From the NCBI GenBank assembly GCA_943704415.1, contig CALSCO010000440.1, positions 1 through 57,068 on the forward strand: a stretch of 57,068 nt of DNA. Reading direction: 5' to 3'. This stretch comes from Parvularia atlantis. Its lineage: Eukaryota. The notes beneath the pieces are model-generated. The model had not been told where the DNA came from and ran no database searches. It saw nothing but the letters and a program-made list of their open reading frames with translations. Within the stretch, counting starts at the first letter, position 1, and every line of letters starts with the position of its first letter. Positions 39,629 through 55,682 of this stretch are shown here, piece after piece. A program made the position numbers and the translations under genes.

Positions 39629-42600
39629 TTAACTCCAACACAGTTCGTGTAGCTGCCATTGCAGCAGTCCGCGCCGGGCGTGCGCAAGCATGAGCGCGAC
39701 GTAGAACTCGTACAGGCGCGTCTGCTCGGCGTGGTCGTCGCTCAGCGCAGGCGACTTGCTCGCAGCGCGCTGGATGCGCTCGCTAGTCAGCCGTCTGGAC
39801 GATAGCGTGAAACACGCACCGCCGTGGCCAGCGCGTCGTCCAGCCGGCGCGCCACCAACGCAGGCACGTGGCGCGTCTGCTTCCAGCGCCCGCTCGCCTG
39901 TGACGTCTCAAGCGCGAGGCCGCTGCGGACGAGGGCATCGCGAATCGCGGGCAGCTTCGCGTTGTGCCGCTGCCGCTTGAGGTAGGGCGAGCGCACGTAG
40001 TTGGTGATCGCGCTGAGGTACATGCGGCCGGCTGCGTCCGTGGCGTCCTCTGCCGCGCGGGTCAGCCCTCGTTGCGACATGTGTCTGTGCGCACCAAACA
40101 GCGCCGTCGCCAGGTACGACAGCGCACGATCGCGCGCGCTCGGCAGCCGGTCGACCGCGAGCACATCCAGCGTCGACCATGCGCTCGCGGGTGTGCGTGG
40201 GTCGACCGTGAGCACGCGCCGTACCACGCGCGTGCCTTGCCGCAAAAGCGTGTCAGCCACAACCCCGTGCTCAAGGCGCGCACCGTGCGGAAAGTGTGCG
40301 GCCATGTCCAGCGGCGCCTCGTCCGCCGGCTGCAGCGTAGGTGACAGTACGATGATCACGTCGATGGCGACGTTTTTGAGCTCTGCCGCGCCCTCGCGAG
40401 TGTCAGCAGCAGCGACGGCGGTGTCCGGCCGTGCAGCCGCCACCCGTGATGCTGCCCAGCACAAAGCTGTCGCCGGTCTGCTCCGGCAGGTGGAAGACCC
40501 GGTCTTGGTACAGCGCGCCCACCACAGCGTGCACGCGGCGCCTGCGATACTGGCGCGGCCGCGCAACGCGTCAACACGATGGCGCACGCGCGGCGGCCGC
40601 GCACGTGCCTCGGCCTTGAGCGCCTCGTGCTCGCCGTTGGTGCCGCCCAGCAGCAGGACGACTTGCTTGCGTGGGATGGCGTCGCTCTCGCCGCCGAGCG
40701 CCGCGTCCACCAGACAGACGATGGCCTCGTCCTCCGACGGTACAACGATCGCTGGGGTCTCCAGCTGGTACTTCACTGCCAGCGTGCGCAAGCAGCGCGT
40801 GAGTCGCCACCGCGCGGCTGCAGCACGCACGGTCGGCCGGGTAGACGGGCGCGGGCGTCGACGGCAGGGCCAGGCCGGTGGCTGCCCCTGCGCTGCGCAT
40901 GCGCAGCGGCTCCACCAGTCGCAGCAGCGCGCTCGACTTGACGGGCGCGTAGAGGTCGAAGCGACTGCTGAGCAGCTGCTCCAGGAACGCAGGCAGATCG
41001 TCGCAGTCCCAGCTGGCGCGAGCGGCAGCGGTCAGGCGCCGCACGCGCTAAGCGTGCCAGCGTCGCGCCGCACCTCGCGTCAGCATACGTGCACGCAACG
41101 GCCTCCCAGCCGCGGTGCGACCCGAGCGCCTCAAACAGGCTGTAGTTGCGCAAATGCATCTGCAGGCCACGTGAGTGGCGCACAGGTCGGCGTGGGGCGC
41201 GCACCTGCACGGGCGGCGCTAGGGACGTCGCACCCAGCACCAACTCGCGCGGCTCAAACGTCGGCAGGCGGAAGCGCACGGCAGGCGCTTGCCGCATCAG
41301 CTGCTCGCCGAGGAGCACGATCCCGCGCTGCTCGCGCGGCGATGGCTCGAGCGTGCCGACGGTCGTCTTGATCGGATCGGGCTTGGTGTACACGGGCAGC
41401 TTCTTCTGCACGGCATTCCGTGATCAGCGAGCATCCGGGCATGAGGCGGTGTACGGTGCGCACGCGGAACGCGAGCTTGCCGGCCTCGTACATGATGCGC
41501 GGCGTCGTCAGCAGCACCGTGATCGGGTGGGCCAGCAGCAGGTAGAGCATCCCTGTCGGGCGCACGTCAGCCCAGCGCACGCACGCCGCGCATCCTGCGC
41601 GCTCACCGGCCACGTCCAGCGGTGACGGCTTGCCCGACAGCTTGGCGAAGAGGTGCTTGCGCCCACCGTCCTTGTAGATCACAAAGACAATGTCCTGCGC
41701 GGCAGCGACGGCGTTCAGCCCACGCGAGCCGACGTCTCGCACGGCGGTAGCACGCGCCAGCCGCTCGCGGATGTCTGCGCAGTGGATCTCGTAGTCGCCC
41801 TGGCGGTCGTTGAACGGCGATACGTGGAAGGCGCGCTCGACGCGGTAGCTGCTCAGGTAGCCCTTGCGCTGGCCCAACGCGACCGCGGCCGCGCGCGCGT
41901 CGAGCGTGTACACGAACGTCTCGCCAAAGGTGTTGTTCACCTGCCCCGGGGAGGGCTGTGTCAGCGCACGGCAGCTCGGCAAGCGCGGTGCCAACCTCGC
42001 TCACGATCAGGCGGATCTCGCCGTCTGCGCCGTAGCAGTAGTAGAAGCTGACCGGGTTGAAGGCCATGCCGAAGCAGCGCGGCATTGTCACGAGCTCGAT
42101 GCGCTCGAAGCGCTCATGCACGCCCTGCCCGTGAGCGCATGAGCGACGGTGCGCCGCCGCGCGATGCCTGCGGGCTGCACCTGCGCGCGCAGAAACGCCT
42201 CGAGCTTGTCGCGCACGGGCGCCTGCCGCCGGCCCATGTAATCCTCGTCGCACAGCCCAAACAGGCGCCACTTGTTGTAGCCAAACAGGAGCTGCCGCAG
42301 GATCGCATCGGTGAGCGGCCGCGGCGCGCGCGCGCGGGCCCCATCGCACCGGGAAGCGGCGCTCGAGTATCGGCAGCTCGTCCAGATCGAGGCAGAAGTA
42401 CAGCACGGGGTAGGTGAACGTGTGCTGCACGGGCTGGAAGCGCGAGTGGACGGTGCTGCCGATGAAGATTCTGAGCGATCGGTGAGCGCGATCGTGGCCG
42501 TCCGCCGGCGGGCGGGCGATCCGCACCGCGAGCGCACGCCGCCGCCGCCGCCACGCCGCCGCCACGCCGCCAGCACGTCGTGCACCCACACGCGCGCCAG

Positions 42601-42657
42601 GAAGACCGCCGCCGCGAGGGACGCGAGAACAACGACGGCCGCGCCGATGTCCAGCAT
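39629..42657 (-). CDS. DUF1365 protein fused to a degenerate cyclopropane-fatty-acyl synthase-like methyltransferase domain; multi-exon
   Basis: N-terminal TM helix; HSRFQPVQHTFTYP..LDLDEL; LVTMPRCFGMAFNPVSFYYCY; EVNNTFGE; AFHVSPFN; TTPRIMYEAGKL. Then TYADASWDCDDL...LYEFYVALMLA. Confidence 0.72.
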
Positions 42658-42680
42658 GGCGGCGAACAGTATGGTGACGA

Positions 42681-45600
42681 ATGTCGGACCGCTTCTCGCT
42701 GCTCGACCGGATCGGTCAGGGCTCGTACGGCGCCGTACACAAGGCGCGCTGCGCTGCGCTGCGCCGCACCGCACCGATCGAGTGAGCGAGAGGCTGGTGC
42801 TGATGCCGTGGCGGCTGCAGGCGCTCGACAAGGCCACGGGCAATGTCGTCGCGGTCAAGATTGTGCCAATGTCGTCGGACGCGGAGGAGCTGAGCAAGCT
42901 CGTGAACGAGGTCGAGATCCTCAAGGACTGCCGCCACGACAACATCACGAGCTTCCTGCTCGCGCAGGTGCAGAGTACAGATCTCTGGGTGCGCACGCGC
43001 GCGCGCGCGCACGGGAGGCGGCAGCGGGCGCGCGGGCAGCTCACGCCCGATGCGCGCGCGCAGATCGCAATGGAGTTCTGCGGCGGCGGCTCGGCGCTGT
43101 CGGTCATGAAGGGTGCGCGGCCGCGCCGCGCCGGCCAACGCGCCTGATGAGAGCGCGTGCGCGCGCACGCAGCGCTCAAGGGGCCTTACAGCGAGGACAT
43201 CATCGCGTACATCCTGCGCGAGACGCTCAGGGTGCGCGCACATCCAGCAAGCGAGATTGTGCCGACGCGCGAGTGCGGCAGGGCCTGGCATACCTGCACG
43301 AGACGAACCGCATGCACCGGGACATCAAGGCCGCCAACATCCTCTTCACCGAGGACGGGCGCGTGAAGCTCGGTGCGCGCGGTCGCTCTGCGCTCGCGCC
43401 AACGCACTGACCGCCGTCGCGCAGCCGACTTTGGCGTGAGCGCACAGCTCTCGGACAAGTTTTCGCTGCGCAAGACCTGCATCGGCTCGCCGTACTGGAT
43501 GGCGCCCGAGGTGCTCATGGCGCAGACGACCGGGCAGGCGTACGGCGTCAAGGTGCGCATGGCCCATGCATGCTGCGCGCTGTGCTGACCGTCGTCGTCG
43601 GCAAGGCCGACGTCTGGTCGCTGGGCATCACGGCGATCGAGCTCGCGCAGCTCAAGGCACGCGGGCCGTCGCGGCGTGTGCCAGGCCGTGTCTGACCGCC
43701 ACGCCGCGCCGCGCAGGCACCGCTCGACCACCTGCACCCGATGCGCGCCATGTACGAGATCCCAAACAGCAAGCCGCCGCGCCTCAAGGACGACAAGAAG
43801 TGGTGTGTGCGGCCGAGCGGCACGTGTGTATGCCGATGTCGTGTGCCCGCGCAGGTCGAAGAAGTTCCACGACTTTGTCGCCGATGCGCTTGTCAAGTCG
43901 CCCGCGGACCGCCCCGCAGCGTCTGACCTGCTCAAGGTGCCCTGGTTGCAACGTGTGCGTGGCCTGCACGCTGAGCCGCTGCTCGCAGCACCCGTTCTTT
44001 GAGGCGCACAAGAGTGTCAGCACGGCCGCGATGGCCTCCGTGCTCGAGATCGCCCAGGCCGCCAAGCTCGCAAGCCGGCAGCGCCTGATCGCCAAGTACG
44101 GCGTGTCGGACCAGTCCGTGAGCACGCCGTTCTCGGTCGAACAGTCGCTGGCGGTGCGCACGCCACGGCAATCAGGCAGTGCCACGCGCTGACGCCGCGA
44201 AACAGGTCGCGCCGCCGCCGCCGCCCAAGGCCCTCGCGTCGCAGGCCGACGCCGTCATTGCGGCTGCGCACACGGGTCCGTTGTGTCGGCATGTGCGTGG
44301 TAGCTGACGCCGCCGCTGCAGACACGCTGCGCAGTGCGGCCGAGCCGTCCGAGGCCGCAGCCAAGGTGAAACTGGGCGTGTTGCAACGCGCGCGTTGACT
44401 GACGGACGATCGCGTGCAGCGAGCCAACGAGGACAACACGGGCACGATTAAGGTCGTCGCGGCAGCGCCCGTCGCCGCAGCTGCGACCGCGGCCACGGGC
44501 ACGACGCCGCTCAAGCCGCGCTCAGACATCTTCTACGGCACCATCCGGGTGCGCGCTGCGCTAGACGTGCCGGCGGCCCGCTGATGGCCGCGTGCAGAAG
44601 GACACCCTGGACCGCCTCGTGGGCCTGTCGGACTTCCTCGAGGAGCTCGTGGACGAGTCGGAGCTGCCGTCGGCCGTGAGCTTCCAGGAGATGCTCGACA
44701 TGGACGTGATGGACCTGAAGGAGGCACGCCGCCGCCGGCCCGCCTGCGCCTGCTGACTGCGAGTGCACAGGAGGAGCGCCCGAGCCTGTCGGGACAGCTG
44801 CGCGCGGGCGGCCCGGTCCCGGACAGCGGCAAGGTGCGCGGGCACGGCGCAGTCGCATCGGCGCTGATGCCTGCCGCAGAAACTGTTCAGCGTGATCGAG
44901 CTGGCCTTTGCGCCGTTCGAGGCGACCTTTGCCGACATCTGGGGTGCGTGGTCGACCGACGCGTGCGCGTGTGCCGTAACACGCCGATCCGCAGGCCGCT
45001 ACGTCTTGCTCGCCAGCGATCGCGGGCTGTATGCGACCGTGGCTGGGTCGACCGGTGCGTCCCCTGTCCCCTGTCAGCGGCGGTCTCACCCGCACGCACA
45101 CAGCGCCGCCAAAGGCGCTGCTAAAGGGCGTGGCGCTCAAGCGCATCGACGTGCTTGAGCAGTACGGCGTGCTGATCGCTCTTGGCGGTGCGCTCAGCCG
45201 CGACCTGCCGTGCGCACTGCTCAATGGCGCCCCAACGCTAGGCAAAAGCAACAGCGTGCGCGTGTACGACCTGGCGCTGCTGCGCAAGATCATCGAGCAC
45301 CTGTTCCAGGGCGACGGCGCGGGCAGCACGGCCAGCAAGATTGAGACGGAGAAGTGCGCCCACGGGTTTGCGGGGCCAGGCATGGCTCACGCGTGCCGGC
45401 AGCTACGTCAAACAGCTCGATGCGACATGCGAGAAGCTGCCAAACACACGCTCGACGGACGAGTACCGCCTGAGTGCGCCGCCGCCTGCTGTCGTGCGCG
45501 CATGTCGACCCGCGCCCGCCGCAGCGCGCCTCGACAGCGCCATCTACCTGACAGTGATGGGCAGGAAGCAAATGATCGTGTTCTGCTGGGCGCCGCATCC

Positions 45601-46659
45601 GTTCAACCGGTTCATGGAGGTCACGGTGCGCGCGTCAGTGCGCGGTAGCCGCCGGGACGAGACTGACGGCCGGCTGCCAGTCGCTCTCGTTCGCCGTCAG
45701 CGGTGCGATGCTCATCGGGCTCGTCACGGGCATCAACCGCCTCAAGAGCTACCTGATCCAGATCAAGGAGGACCTGTACCTGATCGACTTTCACACGTCC
45801 GAGATGTCGCTCGTAGACCTGAAGGCGGCATTCCAGTGCGTGCCTTGTGCCGTGCGCGTTTTCGCCGTCTAATCGGCCGCGGTGCCGCTCAGCGACAACT
45901 CAACGCTGCGGCGCGAGTCGTTCGACGTGGCGTCCCTGCTCGAGATCGGCGAGGAGCGCGCGCCGCCACTGGCCGTGCTGAGCGCGATCGGCGGCGCGTT
46001 TGCGGCCGCACCGGGCCTCGCGACGATGCGCGCCCTGCCGACATCCTCGTGCGTGGTGCACCGTGCGCATGGCGCCGCGCAGGGCCTCCTCACACGCACG
46101 TACAGGGCGAGCGACCGGCGCGGGTCGGCGGCGGCGTCGATGGCGTCGCTGTCGACATTCGTGGACCAGGTCAAGACCGGCGCGGCCGAGCGCGGTCCGC
46201 GCGTCGCGCTAATCTACGGCGATTTGAACGCGGACGCAATGCTGCTGACGGTCGAGGGTTCGTCCGCGGTGTGCGCAGCGTGCACGGTGACTCACGGCCG
46301 GCGCGCGCAGACAAGACGAAGCTCGTGGGCGCTGGCGGCGAGCCCAAGACCGACCTGGTCATCTGGTGGTCCAACGCGCCCGCGGCGACAGGTCACGCGC
46401 TCTCACGCCCGCGCGACACATGCTCACCGTCGCGCGACGCCCAGTGTGCCGCGCCGGGCGGTACGTGGCCGCGTTCGAGGACACGCTGATCGAGGTGCGC
46501 TCGGCGACGACGGGCGAGCCGATCCAGTCGCTCTTCTCGAGCCAGCTGCGTCTGCGCCTGCTCAAGCAGACCCCGTCGGGCCTGGCCGTGCTCGTGCTCG
46601 GCATCCCGAGCGACAAGAAGCGCGGCTGCGTGCTCTACAGCCTCGCGCACGACGGCTGA
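42681..46659 (+). CDS. STE20/GCK-family kinase (MAP4K-like) with a C-terminal citron homology (CNH)-like domain; multi-exon
   Basis: IGQGSYGAVHK, VAVKIV, MEFCGGGS, HRDIKAANIL, DFGVSAQL, IGSPYWMAPEV, DVWSLGITAIELA, HPMRA. C-terminal: DVLEQYGVLIALG, FCWAPHPFNRFM, IEVRS. Confidence 0.88.
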
Positions 46660-46885
46660 CCGTCGCTGCTTGCTTGCTTGCTTTGTGTGCGCGTGTGTGT
46701 GTGTGCTCGAGTTTGCGGTCGAGTGTGGCCCACCGTGCGGCTCGCCGCTTGCTGTGCGGGTGCCGGTGCTGCCAACGACAACGGCCAGCAGCCCAAGCGC
46801 CGGCACCTGCTACCACGTTGGTAGGTGGCAGCCCCCTCTTACCCGGCCCCCGCTACACCACGGTGTAACCTTTGCTGCGGTCGTG

Positions 46886-48066
<1,181 letters not shown>

Positions 48067-48283
48067 TCGCGGCATCAAGTGGCTCGTCATCGTATTCGAC
48101 CGGCATGCTGGACAGCCCCTATGCCAGAACGCGTGCACATGCCAGATTTGCCGTTGCCGCGCGCGCGCCAAACCGTCACGGCCACGTCCGCACGCGGCTG
48201 TCCTTCGCGCGGCCGCCCCCGCCCGCTGCTCGTTCGCGCGCATCACCCCGCTGCTGATGGCCACCGCACGCGCCGCCGGCTAA

Positions 48284-50668
<2,385 letters not shown>

Positions 50669-50904
50669 ACGTCTGTAGATTCGGCAACTGGACGTGCCCG
50701 CGGCGGCCCCCACTGTCGCTCTCCGCCACCCGCCCGTGCGCGGTCGCCTTCTCCCTCTCCTCCTCTCTCCCCCGCCTCCCTGGCCGTGGTCCCCTGTGCC
50801 CTCTGCCCGTCCCGTGTGTGTCTGTGCGTTTTGTCGTGTGCGAGTGGCTCTCACGCTCGGGCTGCCGTTTCTCACAGTGCTGATTGCATACACATGGGTC
50901 GTGC

Positions 50905-52184
50905 TCACCGCACAGGCGCCGCCCGCGCCGCCACACGCGCCGCGCCGTCGAGCAGCAGGTGCGTCAGATGCTCGTAGACGAGGAACGTGACGCACGTCGA
51001 CGGCAGCACGCGCACGATGCTCGGGACCATCCCGCGGTAGAACCCGTACAGCCCCTCGTTCCTGGCGCCGCCGCGACGCGTCTCAGTCCACGCGTGCACA
51101 GACAAGCAGCCGGAGCGTCTTACCGCCACATCTTGACAACCATGTCGCTGATGCCTGTGTAGCCCTGCGACGTGTCGCGCACGCGCCCGCGCTGGTCCTG
51201 CAGCCGCGAGCGGATGACTTGGAACGGGTACGTGCCACACGTGGCGAAGACCTTGGACGACGACGCGATGAGCAGGTACTGCGGGACGGACTGGGGTCGC
51301 GCGCGCGCGCGTCATAACGCCGGTGCGGTCTCCGCGGCGCGCACCAGCTTGGCCGGCTGGGCGACGTCTGGTGGCTGCAGCGCCAGCTTCATGTTCTCGT
51401 ACGCGACAAACTGCAGAGACCCGTGCAGCGTCCCAAACAGCGACGGCACCATGCCCTTGTACAGCCCGCGCACGCCCTCCTCGGCGTACACGCGCCGCAA
51501 ACCGTCTGCGCGTGTGCGCATCGTGAGCCGCAGCCCGCGTGCGCATCAAGCCGGTACACGCACCGGCCAGCCCGCGATACGCGTCCGCGTGCCCACTGAG
51601 CTGCATCGCCATGCGCGTCTTGACCAGCCAGATCGGATTGGTCACGAGCGACGTGAGCGCGCCTGCACGCCGCGGTCAGCGACACACACACACGCACGCG
51701 CGCATGCACGCACGCGCGCGCAGAAGAGGACAAACACACCGGCCTCGGCTGCCGCGACCATGTAGTCCCACGAGCCCAGCGGCGCGCCGCCCGCGCCCTG
51801 GCGCAGGTGCTTGATGACGTCGTACCAGAAGAAGTACAGGCCCCACGACAGCGTCGCGCCAACGAGGTTCGGCGACAGGCCCTGGTAGAGCGCGCGCCAG
51901 CCCTCCATGCGCACGATCGTCCGGAACGCGTCGACCGTGCCGCGGTACTGCGGGCGGTCGTAGCGCAGGCTGCCATCGCGGCCGTTCTGGACTGCGCCGT
52001 GTGCTGCGGTGTCAGGCTGCGCAGGCACGGCGCGGGCACACGCACTCTGCAGCCGCACGCGCACGACGTCCAGCGGGTGCACGAGCAGCGTCGACAGCGC
52101 GCCCGCGCCGAGCCCGGACACGGCCTGGTCGAGCGCCGGCAAGCCGAAGAACGAGAACGACGAGCTCGCGGGCATGCTGGGCAT
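50905..52184 (-). CDS. SLC25A32: Mitochondrial carrier, folate/FAD type (SLC25A32/FLX1-like); multi-exon
   Basis: [86 protein letters not shown]. Confidence 0.85.
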
Positions 52185-52215
52185 TCGCAAAGTCACGGTT
52201 GTAACGGTCAAGACG

Positions 52216-54638
52216 ATGGCGACGCCCGTCCGCTCGACCCCGGCCCGCGCCGCCGCCGCCGCGCGCTCGCCGTTCACGCCGCGCAACGCGAGCATGCAGT
52301 CGGCCGGCGCGGCGCGCATGGCCTGTGCGTGCCCCCGCGCCGCCGCGCGCCGCAGCGTGGTGTTCACGGCCGCGACTCGCAGCTCTGCAGCGCAGCGCGC
52401 GCCGCGGCGGCGTGCTCACGGCCAAGCAGAGCGCCGCGGCCGCCGCGCAGACGACGTCACTGGGTGCGCCGCACCTGCCGATCGCGGCGCCGTTCGACCA
52501 GGTGCGCCTGCACGAAGCGGGCGGACGAAGATCCGCTGACTGGGCGGCGGGCAGATGACCATCTTCAAGAAGCTGCCGGTGGGCGACGCGGCCGCGGCGA
52601 GCGAGAACGTGCCGCCGCCGGGCACGCTGGCGCATGCGGGTGCCACCGGCAAGGGCCTGTCGATGGCCGTGCAGGTCGACGTGCTTGAGGTCGAGGACTG
52701 GGAGAAGCGCATCAAGGGGTACCTCACGCAGAAGGCCGAGATGGAGAAGACGATCGTGGCGCAGCGCAAGGACCTGGAGCAGCTGCAGGAGGAGAACCGG
52801 TCGTGCAAGGAGCAGATGCGCGTCATGGCCGTCGACATCGCCAACCTGCGCGTGCGCGTCGAGACGACCGAGGAGGCCAAGGCCCAGGTCATCCGCGACA
52901 AGACCGCGCTCCTGGCCGAGAACATGACCGTGCGCAACGAGCACAAGGTCATGCGCCTGCGCCACGACAAGATGGAGCTTGAGGTGAGCGACGCGCGCGC
53001 GCGCAGGGCGTGCACAGGGGCGGCTGACCGCTGCGCGCGCGCAGCTCCAGAAGGTCAAGCTGCAGATGAACCGCGAGGCCACGCTGCGCCCGCAGAAGAC
53101 CCCGTCCAAGGACTCGCTCACCAAGAAGGAGCAGCTGCGCCTGCAGCACGACGGCGAGCGCGTGCAGATGCTCACCGCCGAGCTGGCCGAGAAGGACCGG
53201 GAGCTGGCCGACGCGCAGCGTGTCGCGCAGCTGCTGACGGCCGAGCTCGAGCGGGTCAAGGCGCAACACGCGAAGGACGCCTCGGGCGCGAGCGTCGGCG
53301 CGTCCATCAACCATCAGGTGCCGCTCGTGCAAGCTGACTGCGCCGCGGAAACCGTCGCTCACGCGCACGAGGCGGCAGACGGCCCTGCTCAAGGCGCAGC
53401 TGGCGGAGCAGACGCGGCTGACCGAGGCGCTGCGCAACGAGCTCACGGACGTGCGCAAGACCGCCGCCGCGGCGGGCTCTGCGTCGAGCACGCCGATCAA
53501 GCCGAGCAGGTGCGATGCGCAGCCCGCGCCAGTGTGACGCTGACGTCGCCGCGCGGGCAGCATCCCGCTGCCCAAGACCAAGATGGACGCGCAGCTACTG
53601 GCGGCCAAGGACGCGCAGGCACACGCACACGCCGCTGCCACCCGTGTGCTGTGCTGACCGAGGCGCGCAGATCACGGCGCTGCGCGAGCAGGTCAAGGTG
53701 CTCACGGCGCAGGTGCAGCACGAGAAGGCGACGGCACTGTCGATGATCGACGAGTGCGACGCGATCGTCAACCGGGTGCGCGCCGCTGGCTGGCGCGAGA
53801 CAGCGTCGGCTCACAGGACGCGTGCAGGTCGAGCGCATCCAGCAGAAGGCCGAGGACAGCAAGAAGGACCTCGAGGACAAGCTCACTGCGCTGCGCAACA
53901 GCGCCAAGGAGAAGGCACGCAGGCCAAAGGCGCAGCGAGTGGTGGTCTGACGCGCGTGCGCCCGCGCAGGACATGTCGGTGCTCGAGGAGCGCATCAAGG
54001 AGCGCGCGGCGCTCAAGGAGCAGCTCAAGCAGAAGGACGGCGAAATCGCCGCGCTCAACAAGCGCGTTGACGAGTTGGACGCGGCGCTGCAGCTCGCGCA
54101 GCGCCAGCAGACCATTAACGGCCTGCACCTGCTGGACGAGAGGTGCGCTCACAGGGCGGCCAGCTGCGCATCGCTAAACGCGCGCGCAGCATGATCAGCA
54201 CGTTCGGCTCGGAGGACGAGGACGACGAGGCCATCAAGGCCTTCAACAGCGCCGCGGCGGGCCGCGCCTCGCAGACGCGCAAGTCGCGCAGGACAGACAC
54301 CGCCGCGACGCTCGTGCCGAAGGCCCAGGCGCCCGTCCTATCGCCGACGCGCACGGCGGTCGCGCCAGGCGACGTGCACCTGGCGGTCGCACCGAGCCAG
54401 GCGTACCCGGGCGGCTGGGACACGCTGGCGTTTGTGGCGGGCGACGCGATTTTGGTCACGAGCAAGCCGAATACGACGCACTGGTGCGTTGGCTGCACAC
54501 TGCTTGCACCGCCCGTTGTTGGACTGAGCCCGCCCGCCGCACAGGCACGGCCGCCGCGTCCTGCCCGACGGCAAGCTCTCGGCCGAGGGCCGGTTCCGCG
54601 CGGCCCTGGTGCGGCCCAAGCGCAGCGCCGACGCGTGA
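52216..54638 (+). CDS. Long coiled-coil protein with a C-terminal SH3-like domain; multi-exon
   Basis: Extended E/K/Q/L heptads from 52680 to 54140; C-terminal AVAPSQA..DTLAFVAGDAILVTSKPNTTHWHG...GRF. Confidence 0.62.
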
Positions 54639-54723
54639 AGTGGGGGAGGGGAGGTTGTCGCCTGTCTTTCGCATGTCGTCCGCGCTGTACGTACCAAAGA
54701 AGAAAAAATGCGCATCCCGCCTA

Positions 54724-55647
54724 TCAGCTCCCGCCCGCGTGCACGGCCTTGCCGCGCGCCTCGAGATCGGTCACCTCGCGTGTGAGGCGCTGGTGCTTCT
54801 CGTCGGCCTCTTCGTACTGCTGGCGCATGCGCTTCATCACGCTCTGCACGTTCTCGCGCGCCTCGGTCAGCTTGGCCAGCTCCATCTTCTCCACCTGGGC
54901 GTCTGGCGGCGGCGCGCGGGTGAGCGATGGCGCGCGCGGCTCGCACGGCGGGCGCGCACGGTGCTGGTATGCCTCGCTCTTCTTCGACGGCACACTCAGC
55001 GCGCGGTTCTTCATGAGGATCTCGTACATGTACTCGGTCGGCTCGTTAAACACCTGCGCGCGCGGCCTCGTCAGGCCACCCGGCCGCCGCCCCCCGGCCG
55101 CCGCTGCCCGCCGAAGCGCACGATCTCGTCGTAGTACTCGGACTGGATGGCCTGGCCCTTCGTGACCGTGTCGGCCGTCGCGTACAGCCGCAGGTGGTGG
55201 TAGAGCACGATCGGCTTCTCGGCCGGGTCCTGGAAGAACACGCGTATCTGGATGTCGAACTCGCCCCAGCCCGTCTCGGTGACCTCGAACGGGAACTTTT
55301 CGACGACTGCTCCGATGCGCGCGCATCAGCCCCTCGCGCGCGCACATCGCCCGGCCGATGCGGCCCGCACCGCGGTTGGGCTGCGCAAAGCTCTCGTGCA
55401 GCTTGAAGTGGACCTTCTTGACGTAGTAGCCGATGTCCTCGTTGTTGACCCCGCGTACGTACACGGTCCACTGGTGCGTGTGCTCGTGCTCGTTCTTCTT
55501 CGGCAGCGGCTCGGCGATCGTGCCGTAGACGATGGGCCGCTCGAGGACCGTGCCCTGCGCGCGCGCGCACCAGCGTCAGCACCTCGGATGCGGGCCGAGG
55601 CGGGCGCGCACCCGCAGCCGCTTCTGCGCGACGACGCCCGAGGCCAT
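54724..55647 (-). CDS. YEATS4: YEATS-domain protein GAS41/Yaf9; multi-exon
   Basis: RPIVYG; HTHQWTVYVRG; VKKVHFKLHESF; PFEVTETGWGEF; SEYYDEIVFNEP; C-terminal coiled coil. Confidence 0.93.
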
Positions 55648-55682
55648 GCCCGGTACGCTCCCGTTAGTGCAATGGCCACTCG

